42,128 bases of DNA from Calditrichia bacterium (GTDB lineage Bacteria; Calditrichota; Calditrichia; RBG-13-44-9): contig JARRQT010000085.1 in assembly GCA_037381445.1 (NCBI GenBank), positions 1 through 42,128 on the forward strand. The letters are read 5' to 3'. Position numbers and translations under genes: made by a program. Within the stretch, counting starts at the first letter, position 1, and each line of letters opens with the position of its first letter. Below are positions 20,555-29,707 of this stretch, one piece after another. The notes under the pieces are model-generated. The model was given only the letters and a program-made list of their open reading frames with translations, did not search any database and was not told where the DNA came from.

Positions 20555-21489
20555 CAGCCGATGATACCTTTTAATTTGTCCTGCACATTTGCCCTATCCT
20601 GAAACGCTCCGGTGCCCCCCAGGGCGGTCACGGCCAGTGCACCGCAGGCGTTGCCGTAGCGCAGGCATTCTTCCCAATCCGCTTTCTGCAGAAATTTGTG
20701 CAGAAATCCGGCATTGAAGCTGTCCCCTGCCCCGGTTGTTTCAACAGCTTCAACCGTAAATCCGCGGTCTTCATACAGCTTACCACCAGTTGCCACCACA
20801 GCACCTTCCTTGCCTTTCTTGATGGCCAGCACTTTCACCTTTTGGCTCAATTTTTCAATGGCCTCCTCCAGATTGGAAGCATGGGCAATGCGAATGGCCT
20901 CATCGTCATTCGGCAGAAAAACATCGGTGAATTCTAACACCCGGTTAATTTCTTCATCCCAGTTCTCGGAAGGATCCCAGTTTGTGTCCAGTGACGTGGT
21001 CAGTCCCATTTCTTTCGCCCGGGCGAACAGCCGGGGAACGTCAGGCAGCAAACCGGTCTGAAGATAATAACAACCCATATGAAGATGCTGTGCGCTGCCG
21101 ACATAATCCCAATTTACGTCATCAATTTTCATTTCCGTCATGGCGCCCATATAGGTCAGAAGGGCCTTCTTGGGAGGGTTGGCCAGCACGATGGTGGCGC
21201 CCGTTTTCAGCGAAGCATCCTGAATGATCTTCGAGGTATCAACATCACCCTTTTGAAGTTGCTGAATCATAAAGTCCCCGAAACTGTCACTGCCGGCTTT
21301 CCCGATAAAACCAACCCCGGTACCCAGTGCGGAGAGGTTATGAGCGGTTATGGCAGAAGAACTGCCCATGGCAAACCGCATATCTTTTGCCAGTTTTTCC
21401 TTTTCATACTCGGGCATGGGGACGTCCCACAGCACGAGATCGATATTCAGTTCTCCGGCAACAATTACATCTAATTTTTCATTATTCAT
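20554..21489 (-). CDS. PfkB-family carbohydrate kinase
   Basis: GELNIDL, GSSSAITA, GSDSFG, PNDDEA, ETTGAGDSFNAGF. Likely start 21489, overlapping the agaS stop (the track gives 21498). Confidence 0.92.
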   Translation of the reverse strand: MNNEKLDVIVAGELNIDLVLWDVPMPEYEKEKLAKDMRFAMGSSSAITAHNLSALGTGVGFIGKAGSDSFGDFMIQQLQKGDVDTSKIIQDASLKTGATIVLANPPKKALLTYMGAMTEMKIDDVNWDYVGSAQHLHMGCYYLQTGLLPDVPRLFARAKEMGLTTSLDTNWDPSENWDEEINRVLEFTDVFLPNDDEAIRIAHASNLEEAIEKLSQKVKVLAIKKGKEGAVVATGGKLYEDRGFTVEAVETTGAGDSFNAGFLHKFLQKADWEECLRYGNACGALAVTALGGTGAFQDRANVQDKLKGIIG

Positions 21490-22576
21490 ATTTACCATTT
21501 CCTATAGTTTCGAAGGTAACGACGGCAGACAGATTTTTGGGATTGTCAGGGTTAATATTCTTGGCGATGGCCTTATAATAGCCCAGCAATTGCAGCAGCG
21601 GCATATAAAGGAAGGCGTTGAAAACATCGCCGTAGCGCGATGGCACATTCACAACGTCATGAATTTCTTCGGACAATGTGGAATAGCTTTCGCCCTGCAG
21701 AATAAAGGTTTTTGCGCCCAATGCCTTCAAATCCTCGGCCAGATGCGATTCATATTTCTTTCCTTCTTCCGAGAGAAGCAGAGTAATCAGCGTGTTTGCG
21801 GCGGCAGTCGATTTTGGTCCATGACGATATTCCAGCGCATGATAGCTTTGCGAGAGGGAAATCGACATCTCCTGGATTTTCAGCGCCGCCTCGTTGGCGA
21901 GGCCAAGAAATGGCCCCTGCCCCAGAAACACGAAGTGATTCAGGTTGGGATCTTCCACAATTTTGCGGACAATCGGTTCATATTTCCGCATCAGGGTTTC
22001 GCTGGCGTCCGCCAGACTCAGCAGCTTTTCCCTGATCTCCGGATCTGAACTGCTGAGCGAAGCCAGATGCACAACGCTCAACAACATGGTGGTAAATGAG
22101 CCGGTCATTACCACGCTCTTTTCTTTCTCAAAGGGGAATGTTATGCTGTGTTCGCTTCCTTTTACCAATTTTGAATCGGGATTGCAGGACACCGCCAGGG
22201 TGGGAATTTTTAATTCATCCCGCGCTTTTTGAGCGGCAAGCACAACTTCCGTGGATTCGCCTGAACGGGATATGGGAACAATCAGATACTTTGAAGCGGG
22301 ATTAAAAACAAGTTTGGGGAAAATCAGAATTTCGGATGCGGGGATTGTTTTGGTATGAATACCGGTAAGCATCTCAAAAATCGTGCTGGCAGTTTGTGCC
22401 AGGTAATAGGAGGTGCCGCATCCCGTAAATACCCAGGTCCTATCTTTATATTTGTTAAAGAGGTCCAGATTTTTCTTGCTTTCAGACTCGAGTTTTGCCA
22501 GAGCTTTTTTCCAGCCTTTCTGTTGTCTGACAATTTCCTGGTAGGTAATGCTTTGACCCGATACCGTAATGCTCAT
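21482..22576 (-). CDS. agaS: SIS-domain sugar-phosphate deaminase/isomerase (AgaS-like)
   Basis: TYQEIVRQ, FTGCGTSY, ISRSGESTE, SVVMTGSFT, FLGQGP..GLANEAALKIQE, EYRHGPKS, INPDNP; located between agaR and kbaZ. Confidence 0.85.
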   Translation of the reverse strand: MSITVSGQSITYQEIVRQQKGWKKALAKLESESKKNLDLFNKYKDRTWVFTGCGTSYYLAQTASTIFEMLTGIHTKTIPASEILIFPKLVFNPASKYLIVPISRSGESTEVVLAAQKARDELKIPTLAVSCNPDSKLVKGSEHSITFPFEKEKSVVMTGSFTTMLLSVVHLASLSSSDPEIREKLLSLADASETLMRKYEPIVRKIVEDPNLNHFVFLGQGPFLGLANEAALKIQEMSISLSQSYHALEYRHGPKSTAAANTLITLLLSEEGKKYESHLAEDLKALGAKTFILQGESYSTLSEEIHDVVNVPSRYGDVFNAFLYMPLLQLLGYYKAIAKNINPDNPKNLSAVVTFETIGNGKYE

Positions 22577-22598
22577 AATAATACTCCTTAAATAGACA

Positions 22599-23357
22599 TT
22601 AAGCCAGAATAACTTCTATACCTAAATTTTCCAGCGATGCAACATTCGATTTGGAAACCCTCTTATCGGTAATCAATTTATCAACGGATTTTACTTCATC
22701 AATTACACCCAGACTCCGGCGGCCAAACTTGGAGGAGTCGGCCAGAAGAATGACTTCATCCGCCGCCTGGATCATCATGCGGTTGACCTTTGCCTCCATT
22801 ATATTCGGAGTTGTCAAACCACGCTCAAAATCAATTCCATCCACGCCGAGAAAAAGCTTATCGGCCGTAATTAATTTTAATGACTCTTCAGCAATAGGCC
22901 CTACCAGCGAAAATGACTTCTCCCTCAGGTTCCCTCCGGTCAGGATGACATTCACTTCACTGGCGGTAAGTTCGGATGCGATATTGACCGCGTTGGTAAT
23001 AACGGTGATATCTTTCTTGAATTTAAGGTGGCGGGCAAGCGCGGTTGTAGTCGAACCCGAATCCAGGATAATCACATCTCCGCTTTTAATCAGGCTTTCA
23101 GCTTTCCGGGCGATCTTGTTTTTTTCCTGGACATTGATTCTCTCTTTCTCATTCACCGCCAGGTCCTGCACGGAAGAATGATTAACAATAGCCCCGCCAT
23201 GTACGCGGCTCAGGACGCCCCGCTTTTCCAATATTTCCAGGTCTTTCCGGATTGTCACTGCCGAAATATTAAAATCATCTGCAATTTCATTCACCAGAAT
23301 GCGTTTCTGGGTCTGCAGAATTTCCTGTATTCTTCGTCTTCTCTCTTCGGTCAGCAT
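22599..23357 (-). CDS. agaR: DeoR-family transcriptional repressor (AgaR-like)
   Basis: ERRRRI, SAVTIRKDL, RVHGGA, ILDSGSTT, VITNAVNIA, KLFLGVDG, ADSSKFG; aga gene context. Confidence 0.88.
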   Translation of the reverse strand: MLTEERRRRIQEILQTQKRILVNEIADDFNISAVTIRKDLEILEKRGVLSRVHGGAIVNHSSVQDLAVNEKERINVQEKNKIARKAESLIKSGDVIILDSGSTTTALARHLKFKKDITVITNAVNIASELTASEVNVILTGGNLREKSFSLVGPIAEESLKLITADKLFLGVDGIDFERGLTTPNIMEAKVNRMMIQAADEVILLADSSKFGRRSLGVIDEVKSVDKLITDKRVSKSNVASLENLGIEVILA

Positions 23358-23470
23358 CTTTTAAAATCTAAAATCTTTCTTTAAAAATAGGTTCGCGAAA
23401 ACAATTACTGCATGGGGGTCAATTTGGTATTAGTGCTTATACTTGCTTATTGTATCATTTAAACCCATTG

Positions 23471-23510
23471 TTACTTTCATATCGTTTCATATACTTTCAT
23501 TTCCTTTTGA
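23471..23510 (-). promoter_or_regulatory. Putative AgaR operator: four 10-bp-periodic direct repeats
   Basis: TTACTTTCAT / ATCGTTTCAT / ATACTTTCAT / TTCCTTTTGA, overlapping the predicted transcription start; resembles the tandem CTTTC boxes known for AgaR. Confidence 0.75.
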
Positions 23511-23538
23511 TTTTAAGAAAAGGAAATAAATTTGTCAA
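23510..23538 (-). promoter_or_regulatory. Sigma70-type promoter of the aga locus
   Basis: Minus strand TTGACA (23538-23533), 17-bp spacer, TAAAAT (23515-23510). Confidence 0.75.
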
Positions 23539-24379
23539 GAGTTTTCTTAAACCAAAAGCGGAAGGCGCGGGTGCCTTATATCTGGTATCTCCGCCGTTAA
23601 AAAAGGTGACGCCGTGCTCATCGAAGCCGTTAATCCGGCCGGAGAAAACGATCTCCATTTAAAATGAGAAAGCAGGCTGTCGGTGATATCCGAGCGGATC
23701 ACCCTTTGCCAAAGACCTGCCATGAATTTTAAGACGTGATTGAGGCACAGGTGTAATTTCATGTGATGGAAGCCGTAGGGACTATATTTGGATGATAATT
23801 TCGAAAGATCTAAGTTTTGCTCCTGGAACAAATGGAAATTGGCTCCAGGAACGAACAAAACAAACTTGGCATCAGAATGCCTTCCGTATGCGGAGAAGGT
23901 GAGACCATTTAAACAGATTGCGTTAATCGAATGATAAAACAGGACAGTGAAATACTTCCTGATATGCATGGGTAACTGGTTTTAAAACCATTTATCCCTA
24001 TCAGTTTTTTAACCCAGGCTCTCAATCGAGTGAATCGCCAAATGCCGGAAGTCAATATTCTTGTTACAGAGACTCCCACCGAAGTCAGTAAAAAATGTCC
24101 CATAAATTTATGATGGAATAATGATTTGAATTGCCTGGCCGGGCGGCGGGTAAGAATAACACCCCTAAAATGGGGCTTGTCGGGATAGCATGGGCATAAA
24201 TCCCTTGTAAGATAACTGATTTGGGTGAGGTTAAAAATTTAAAACAGATGATAAGCCAGGATAAATCCTACTCTCCTTATATAGTTATCTTGTCACATGG
24301 CGGTGTACACGGCATATATCTTGTTTATCCTGTCTAAAAAAATACCTTACTCCATTTATGAACCACAGAAAAGGAAAGG

Positions 24380-25585
24380 CTATCTCCTTTTTCCCCTTTG
24401 CTTGATGTTGTTCCTATATTCTGAGGGGGTCTGGCCGGTGTAGCGTTTGAAAATGGCGTTGAAACCGGACTTGGAATTAAAACCGGCTTCCACGGCGATG
24501 CCGAATAGTGTGAGATGATCTTTCTTGCTGTTCAGCAAATCTTCTTTCACCTTCCCAACCCGGTAATGATTTATGAAATCGAAAAAGTTTTGATTGAGAT
24601 TCGTATTGATGACTTCCGAAATATTGTGGGTGGAAGTTCCCAGGTTTGCCGAAAGATCCCGCAAGGTCAACTCAGGATTCATGTAAAGACGCTCATGTTC
24701 CATCAACGATTTTAGTTTTTCCAGATATTCGTTCGCTTTTTCTTCTGTAAGCCCGGACTTTTGATATTTCCGGTCAGCGGTGCCGGGGCTTTCCGTTTCT
24801 ACGATTCCTGCTGCCAGGTCTTTCGCGTCATGAATATTATCAGATATTTCTGATTGAAGAAATATCTCGGTCTTGAACATGCCGATGTAACCAATGGCGT
24901 AAACAAACAGGGATGTCAGTAGCGGAACCAGGACCGTCAGTGAGTGCAAATCGATTCCACCGATTCTTAGAACATCATCCACAAATTCGATTGACCAAAC
25001 AATCAGCGCCAGAATGGTAAAATATCTCAGCCAGGAAAGGTTGATTTTCTCCAGCGATGAGAAGGTGAATTTTATTTTGTTTGAATATTCTTTAAAGACA
25101 TAAAGCGCGGTGATCACATAAACCATGCCCTGAACCGCCACCAGCATACCGGAGATTGTGAGGTGTAACGGTCGCATATTTTGCTGCACCTGCAAAATTA
25201 CCGCATACAGCTCCTCTTTTGAAAGCAAAAATATTCGAAGGTAGTAGAGCTTAAAAACGATGAATGGGACAAAATGGAACCAGTGGGGCTGTGCAAACTT
25301 AAGGCGGGTGTCGGTCAGTTTGCCGACATAGATCAGGTGAAGGGGGCCGAAAAGAAAAGGGAGCCCGTCAAAAAGCAACAACAAATGAGGATAGTTGACT
25401 ACGATTTCCGGCACCCTGAACAGAAGCACCTGAACAATAAACACAGAGTATAGAAGAACCAGCCAGGCCAGAATAATATTGGCTTCCGATTTGCGATATT
25501 TGGAGAAAAGAAGAATTGTCAGTAAAAATCCCTGAATAACACCGAGTATATAAATGATACCCAAAATGTCAATTGATACATTCAC
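24380..25585 (-). CDS. Membrane-anchored AraC-family transcriptional regulator
   Basis: About 7 N-terminal TM helices; KYQKSGL..LYMNPELTLRDLS..SEVIN..NFFDFINHYRV..IAVEAGFNSKSGFNAIFKRYTGQTPSEYR; GTG start. Confidence 0.92.
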   Translation of the reverse strand: MNVSIDILGIIYILGVIQGFLLTILLFSKYRKSEANIILAWLVLLYSVFIVQVLLFRVPEIVVNYPHLLLLFDGLPFLFGPLHLIYVGKLTDTRLKFAQPHWFHFVPFIVFKLYYLRIFLLSKEELYAVILQVQQNMRPLHLTISGMLVAVQGMVYVITALYVFKEYSNKIKFTFSSLEKINLSWLRYFTILALIVWSIEFVDDVLRIGGIDLHSLTVLVPLLTSLFVYAIGYIGMFKTEIFLQSEISDNIHDAKDLAAGIVETESPGTADRKYQKSGLTEEKANEYLEKLKSLMEHERLYMNPELTLRDLSANLGTSTHNISEVINTNLNQNFFDFINHYRVGKVKEDLLNSKKDHLTLFGIAVEAGFNSKSGFNAIFKRYTGQTPSEYRNNIKQRGKRR

Positions 25586-25623
25586 GCTGTAAAATACGGC
25601 ATAGCGTCCAATTTATCAACCTC

Positions 25624-25665
25624 AAAAAAGAGAAGACCACATCACGCGCTAATGTGGTCTCCCCT
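25624..25665 (-). terminator. Rho-independent terminator
   Basis: Minus strand AGGGGAGACCACAT-loop-ATGTGGTCTTCTCT followed by a T-tract, downstream of the TonB receptor unit. Confidence 0.75.
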
Positions 25666-25692
25666 AGAAAATGGATAAATGGATTTTAACAA

Positions 25693-26139
25693 TTAACTGT
25701 TCGGGGCCGGATACGCCAATTTTCTCAACGTTGCTATGAAAACTCGATTTCCAATCACTCTGATCGGCCAAAACCGGCACTTTGCCCAAAATGTGTTGAA
25801 ATTGATGAGCAGCGAAAAATGGAACCGCTCGGGATGCAGTTGGTCCTGCAACATAGAGATGCGCCATTCCAGGTGCTTTAGATTTGCGCCTAAAATTGTT
25901 TCACCCGGTTTATCCAGCAGTGGTTTCGTCCATACGGTCCCGGCATCCTGTTCGCACAAGCGATAAATCCATCCCGGCAGTGCAGACTTAAATTTTTCAG
26001 CGATCTGCACGACGCTGTCATTTCCCGGATAGCTATTTAACATATAACTTCTGGAAAAATCATTTGTCTTCCTGCCGGGATACAGAACAGAATATTCCGG
26101 AATCCGGCGAACCTGCTTAACTCGTGGATGGGAGATCAA
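25693..26139 (-). CDS. Hypothetical protein (doubtful)
   Basis: 148-aa ORF abutting the TBDR stop and ending just before the terminator; no recognisable motif; may start at ATG 26043. Confidence 0.3.
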   Translation of the reverse strand: MISHPRVKQVRRIPEYSVLYPGRKTNDFSRSYMLNSYPGNDSVVQIAEKFKSALPGWIYRLCEQDAGTVWTKPLLDKPGETILGANLKHLEWRISMLQDQLHPERFHFSLLINFNTFWAKCRFWPIRVIGNRVFIATLRKLAYPAPNS

Positions 26140-28460
26140 AATTCAAACTCCACGCCAAATATGGGCAGGGTGCTCCACTGCGTTTGGGATTCCTCCTTAT
26201 TGTCCATCTCGTTCCAATAATAGCTGCCGATATTTTCACGCCCGTAAGCATTCCAAACGCTCAAATAAAAGACCATGTTTGAATTATGAAAATAGAAGCG
26301 GCGGTCGAAACGGACATTCAGCGAGTGGTAATCCGGCATGCGGCTGTTGTTTATGCGATTTTCATCGAATATGCCGCGGTGTGCGGCCTGCGATGCCGCT
26401 ACATCGAACGGTGTGAAGGGAGCGCCGCCGGCATAAATCCAGCGCATGCTGAACTCCCATTTATTGTTCGGTTTGTAACCGCCCTCAACATTAAAATTGA
26501 TCCTGTTATCCACTACCCTGTTGCGCCATTGATTATTGTAGTCACGATATCGTGAACTAAAATAAGAAGCGCCGGCCATCCCGTAAATGTTTTCCGCAAG
26601 CTTCTTCTGCAGCATGATTTCAACGCCCTGCGAGTGGGCGCGCCCGTTGTCAACCAGGGTCTCATGCGGCAGGAAAAGCGAGGTAAAATTGATTTCATCG
26701 ATCACGAATAATTCAGGCTGGGCGGGATCCATCGGGAAGTAGTAATATTGTTTATCATATACCTCTAGGGTCAGGCGGGTATTTTCGGTCAGGAGATGGC
26801 TTACGCCCAGAACAACATGGCGCGCTTCCGGGTCTTTCATATTTTTGTGTTCCGCTTCTTGCGAAAGCAGTACCAGCGGCAAATTCTGATGATAGATCCC
26901 GGTGGCAAAGTTAAGCGCTGTTTTGGACGTAAGCTGCAAGGAAGCGGAAAACCGGGGTGAAATATTGGTGTTGGCGTTATAAGTGAAATGCCCAACCCTG
27001 ACACCCGGCGTTAATGTCAACTTCGAAAACGGTTTCCAGCTATAGCTCAAAAATCCGTGCAGCTTGGCGGCAGATTTTTCATCTTTCACCATTAAAATCG
27101 GTGTTACGTTGCCCAGAAGATCATTGTAATGGCCATAGTAGTTGTCATAATCCACGCCGAGCAGTTTTCCTTCCACACCAAAATCCAGCTTGTTGGCATC
27201 ATTGATTCTCAAATGATTAAAATTCCGTAGCCGGTATTCCTGCTCCATCGAATTCTGGTCGGTGATGATTCTTTCCTCACCGGTGTCCTTATAATAACGG
27301 GTATCAAAAATCGAAAAATCATAGCGGGTGATGGAATGGGAAAATGCGGTATTGGAATATCCTGTTTTGCCCCACAAGTGCCGCCAGTTTAATCCGGCGG
27401 TGTTCTGCAGTATCTGAAAATCATTATACATATTTGATTCATCCTTGACGGCATCATCCTTTTTATTGCTGATTGCATCCAGTCCGCCGATATCCAGAAG
27501 CGTAATCCGGTTTGCCGGCGAAAGATCGTAAACAACCTTGCCCTGTACATCCCCATACTGCGGAACCGAGGAGGAATTTTCTCCGATAGCGCCGACGATA
27601 AAATCGAGGAAGCTTCGCCGACCGGACAACATCCAGGATCCTTTTCCATTGAAAAGGGGGCCTTCCGCCGCCGCCCCAAATCCGCTGAAATTCAGATCCA
27701 GTTGGGAGTCGAACTCGTCTCGGTTGCCTTCCCGCAGGCGCAGCTCCATTATGGAAGAAAGCCGGTCACCGTAATCGGCCGAATATCCGCCAGTGTAAAA
27801 ATTGACATCTTCCACGAAGTCCACGTTGAGCATCCCGATGGGCCCGCCGGAAGAACCCTGCTCCGGGAAGTGGTTAATATTATTTACCTCAATATTATCC
27901 ACGTAAAACCCGTTTTCCAGCGGCGATCCGCCCCTGACGATCAGGCTGTTCTTGGTATCGTTGACTTTAGCGACAGCCGGCAAACCGTAAATAATGCGGC
28001 TCACGTCGCCGGCGGAACCCGGCGCCCGGCGAATTTCCTCGGCGGTGAAATTGGCAATGCTTGTGGGCTGTTCCTCTGTTTGCGTGAAATACCCGGCATT
28101 CACCACCACCGCCTCTGTTTCCAGTGCTGATGTTTTAAGATCAGCGTTGATAAAGGTCAAACGTCCGGAACGAACAATGACGTCGGTGCGGGTAACTGGC
28201 TCATAGCCGAGATAGGAAAACTGTAGTGAATAGCTTCCCACCGGAACATTATCAATTACATAATTGCCATCGATATCGGTTGCGGCACCCATCCCGCTAT
28301 CCAGGATTTCCACATTGGCCGCCACCAACGGAATCTTTGTTTCATGGTCGAACAGCCTTCCTTTAATAGTCCCGCTCTTTGATGCTTCCTGCGTGAATAG
28401 CGGGTAAGCGGCGAATAAATTAATGAGTAAAAACAAGAACAACGATTTGTAAAACTTCAT
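26136..28460 (-). CDS. TonB-dependent receptor
   Basis: Signal peptide; GTIKGRL..PLVAANV..GAATDIDGNY; IVRGGSPLEN..NINHF..GGPIG..FYTGGYSADYGDRLSS; terminal FGVEFEF; AAGGAG RBS. Confidence 0.93.
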   Translation of the reverse strand: MKFYKSLFLFLLINLFAAYPLFTQEASKSGTIKGRLFDHETKIPLVAANVEILDSGMGAATDIDGNYVIDNVPVGSYSLQFSYLGYEPVTRTDVIVRSGRLTFINADLKTSALETEAVVVNAGYFTQTEEQPTSIANFTAEEIRRAPGSAGDVSRIIYGLPAVAKVNDTKNSLIVRGGSPLENGFYVDNIEVNNINHFPEQGSSGGPIGMLNVDFVEDVNFYTGGYSADYGDRLSSIMELRLREGNRDEFDSQLDLNFSGFGAAAEGPLFNGKGSWMLSGRRSFLDFIVGAIGENSSSVPQYGDVQGKVVYDLSPANRITLLDIGGLDAISNKKDDAVKDESNMYNDFQILQNTAGLNWRHLWGKTGYSNTAFSHSITRYDFSIFDTRYYKDTGEERIITDQNSMEQEYRLRNFNHLRINDANKLDFGVEGKLLGVDYDNYYGHYNDLLGNVTPILMVKDEKSAAKLHGFLSYSWKPFSKLTLTPGVRVGHFTYNANTNISPRFSASLQLTSKTALNFATGIYHQNLPLVLLSQEAEHKNMKDPEARHVVLGVSHLLTENTRLTLEVYDKQYYYFPMDPAQPELFVIDEINFTSLFLPHETLVDNGRAHSQGVEIMLQKKLAENIYGMAGASYFSSRYRDYNNQWRNRVVDNRINFNVEGGYKPNNKWEFSMRWIYAGGAPFTPFDVAASQAAHRGIFDENRINNSRMPDYHSLNVRFDRRFYFHNSNMVFYLSVWNAYGRENIGSYYWNEMDNKEESQTQWSTLPIFGVEFEF

Positions 28461-28536
28461 GACGACTCCTTTAATTTGGTTTCAACATTAAACTGACTGC
28501 TACAAACTAACAAAGCCGTAGCTCCGAAGCGCTTTT

Positions 28537-28594
28537 GCCCATCGGCATGGACACGTAATTGAGGATAATTGTTGTCCACGCCCATCGGCGTGGA
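28537..28594. promoter_or_regulatory. 15-bp direct repeat (GCCCATCGGCRTGGA), candidate activator site
   Basis: Copies at 28537-28551 and 28580-28594 (14/15 identical, 43-bp offset); the second lies in the palindrome TCCACGCC-CATC-GGCGTGGA (28575-28594), 77-135 bp upstream of the TBDR start. Confidence 0.55.
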
Positions 28595-28900
28595 ACATGG
28601 GTGTAAATGAGCTAAAAAGGGAAAGAATTGAATAGGGAGGATATTAATTTCGGATCGACTTCACAGCCTGATTTTTCAGGTTGCTGGCAAGCTCATGGAA
28701 TATTTTGCAAATTGCGTTGCGAAACCTTGACTATTTTACAGAATATCTTAAATTATTAAGTAATATTTTGGGGATTAGAGTGAAAAAGTCAAAAAGGCCC
28801 CGGTCAGGATGCCCCCGCAGCGTTGCGATTATCATATCCCGAAAAATATGACTAGCCAGATATAATTGCTAAAAGCAGGAGTAAATTCAACCAATTAAAA

Positions 28901-29668
28901 ATGAGGAGCGATCTCATGAAGAATCACATGAAGATAAGGTTTCCGAATTTTTTGATCATGCTTTCAATTATCTTCTGCTCATGCGGGGCTGGCCATCACT
29001 TGACAAACGATGTCATTTTTAAAGACACCGGATTTACATATAATCAATTTAAAAATAGTGAAATGATAATCGGCGGGATTTCTTCCGAATTAATAAATCT
29101 GACTTCTGAAGAACGGATTAAATATGGCGCCATCCTTTCCAATGTTTTTGTTGAAAAACTCAAAGGTGCCCATAATATTCACATTGTTAATACGCTCCAA
29201 TTTATGACTAAAATTGGCAAAGAAAAATACTTCGAAATAATGGGCAATTTTGATATGGAGAAGGCGATTCGATGGGAATCAGTCCGTTTCGTCAGGGATA
29301 CAATGCCTGACGCAAAATATATTTTGTTTGCCTATATCGAAAATGAAAATATTATTGACCGCTCGATTGACCAGTATATCGAAAATGAGGAAGGAAAGAA
29401 GGAACTGGAAACCGAATATGAAAAAACATATCTCATGACAATTGAATTCCAGATGTATGATATACTTCAGGAAAAACTGGTTCTGAATAATGTCATTTAT
29501 AATCAAGCCGAAAGGAACGAAAGCAGAACAACCAGAACCGGGTGTGTTGAATCATGTCTTGATAATGTATTTCAAACTATTTTATTTGGTGAACCGGCGG
29601 AAATCGATCGTGAGGAAGTTTTGGCAAAAATCAGCGAAAAGTATGCAAAGGATTTAGTTAAAATTTAA
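28901..29668 (+). CDS. Hypothetical lipoprotein
   Basis: 255-aa ORF, hydrophobic N-terminus with FCSC lipobox-like motif; start may be one of the downstream Mets. Confidence 0.75.
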   Translation: MRSDLMKNHMKIRFPNFLIMLSIIFCSCGAGHHLTNDVIFKDTGFTYNQFKNSEMIIGGISSELINLTSEERIKYGAILSNVFVEKLKGAHNIHIVNTLQFMTKIGKEKYFEIMGNFDMEKAIRWESVRFVRDTMPDAKYILFAYIENENIIDRSIDQYIENEEGKKELETEYEKTYLMTIEFQMYDILQEKLVLNNVIYNQAERNESRTTRTGCVESCLDNVFQTILFGEPAEIDREEVLAKISEKYAKDLVKI

Positions 29669-29707
29669 AGCCGCCGGCGTTGGCAAATTCACTATCAAAT
29701 AAATTCG

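Noticed and set aside
1128..23384. Numerous plus-strand and alternate-frame ORFs (e.g. 10427-11188, 11717-12442, 15100-15720, 21350-22048, 8051-8644)
   Set aside because: They fully overlap well-supported minus-strand genes and show no motifs; shadow ORFs.
23995..24005. TCCCTATCAGT, resembling half of tetO
   Set aside because: Only one half-site with no palindromic partner and no tetR; a chance match.
23547..24103. ORFs of 140 and 64 aa upstream of the aga promoter
   Set aside because: No recognisable domain or RBS. They might be gene debris but I cannot support a call.
28727..28754. TTGACT-16-TAAATT possible promoter for the plus-strand genes
   Set aside because: Plausible, but the spacing is suboptimal in an AT-rich tract; insufficient support.
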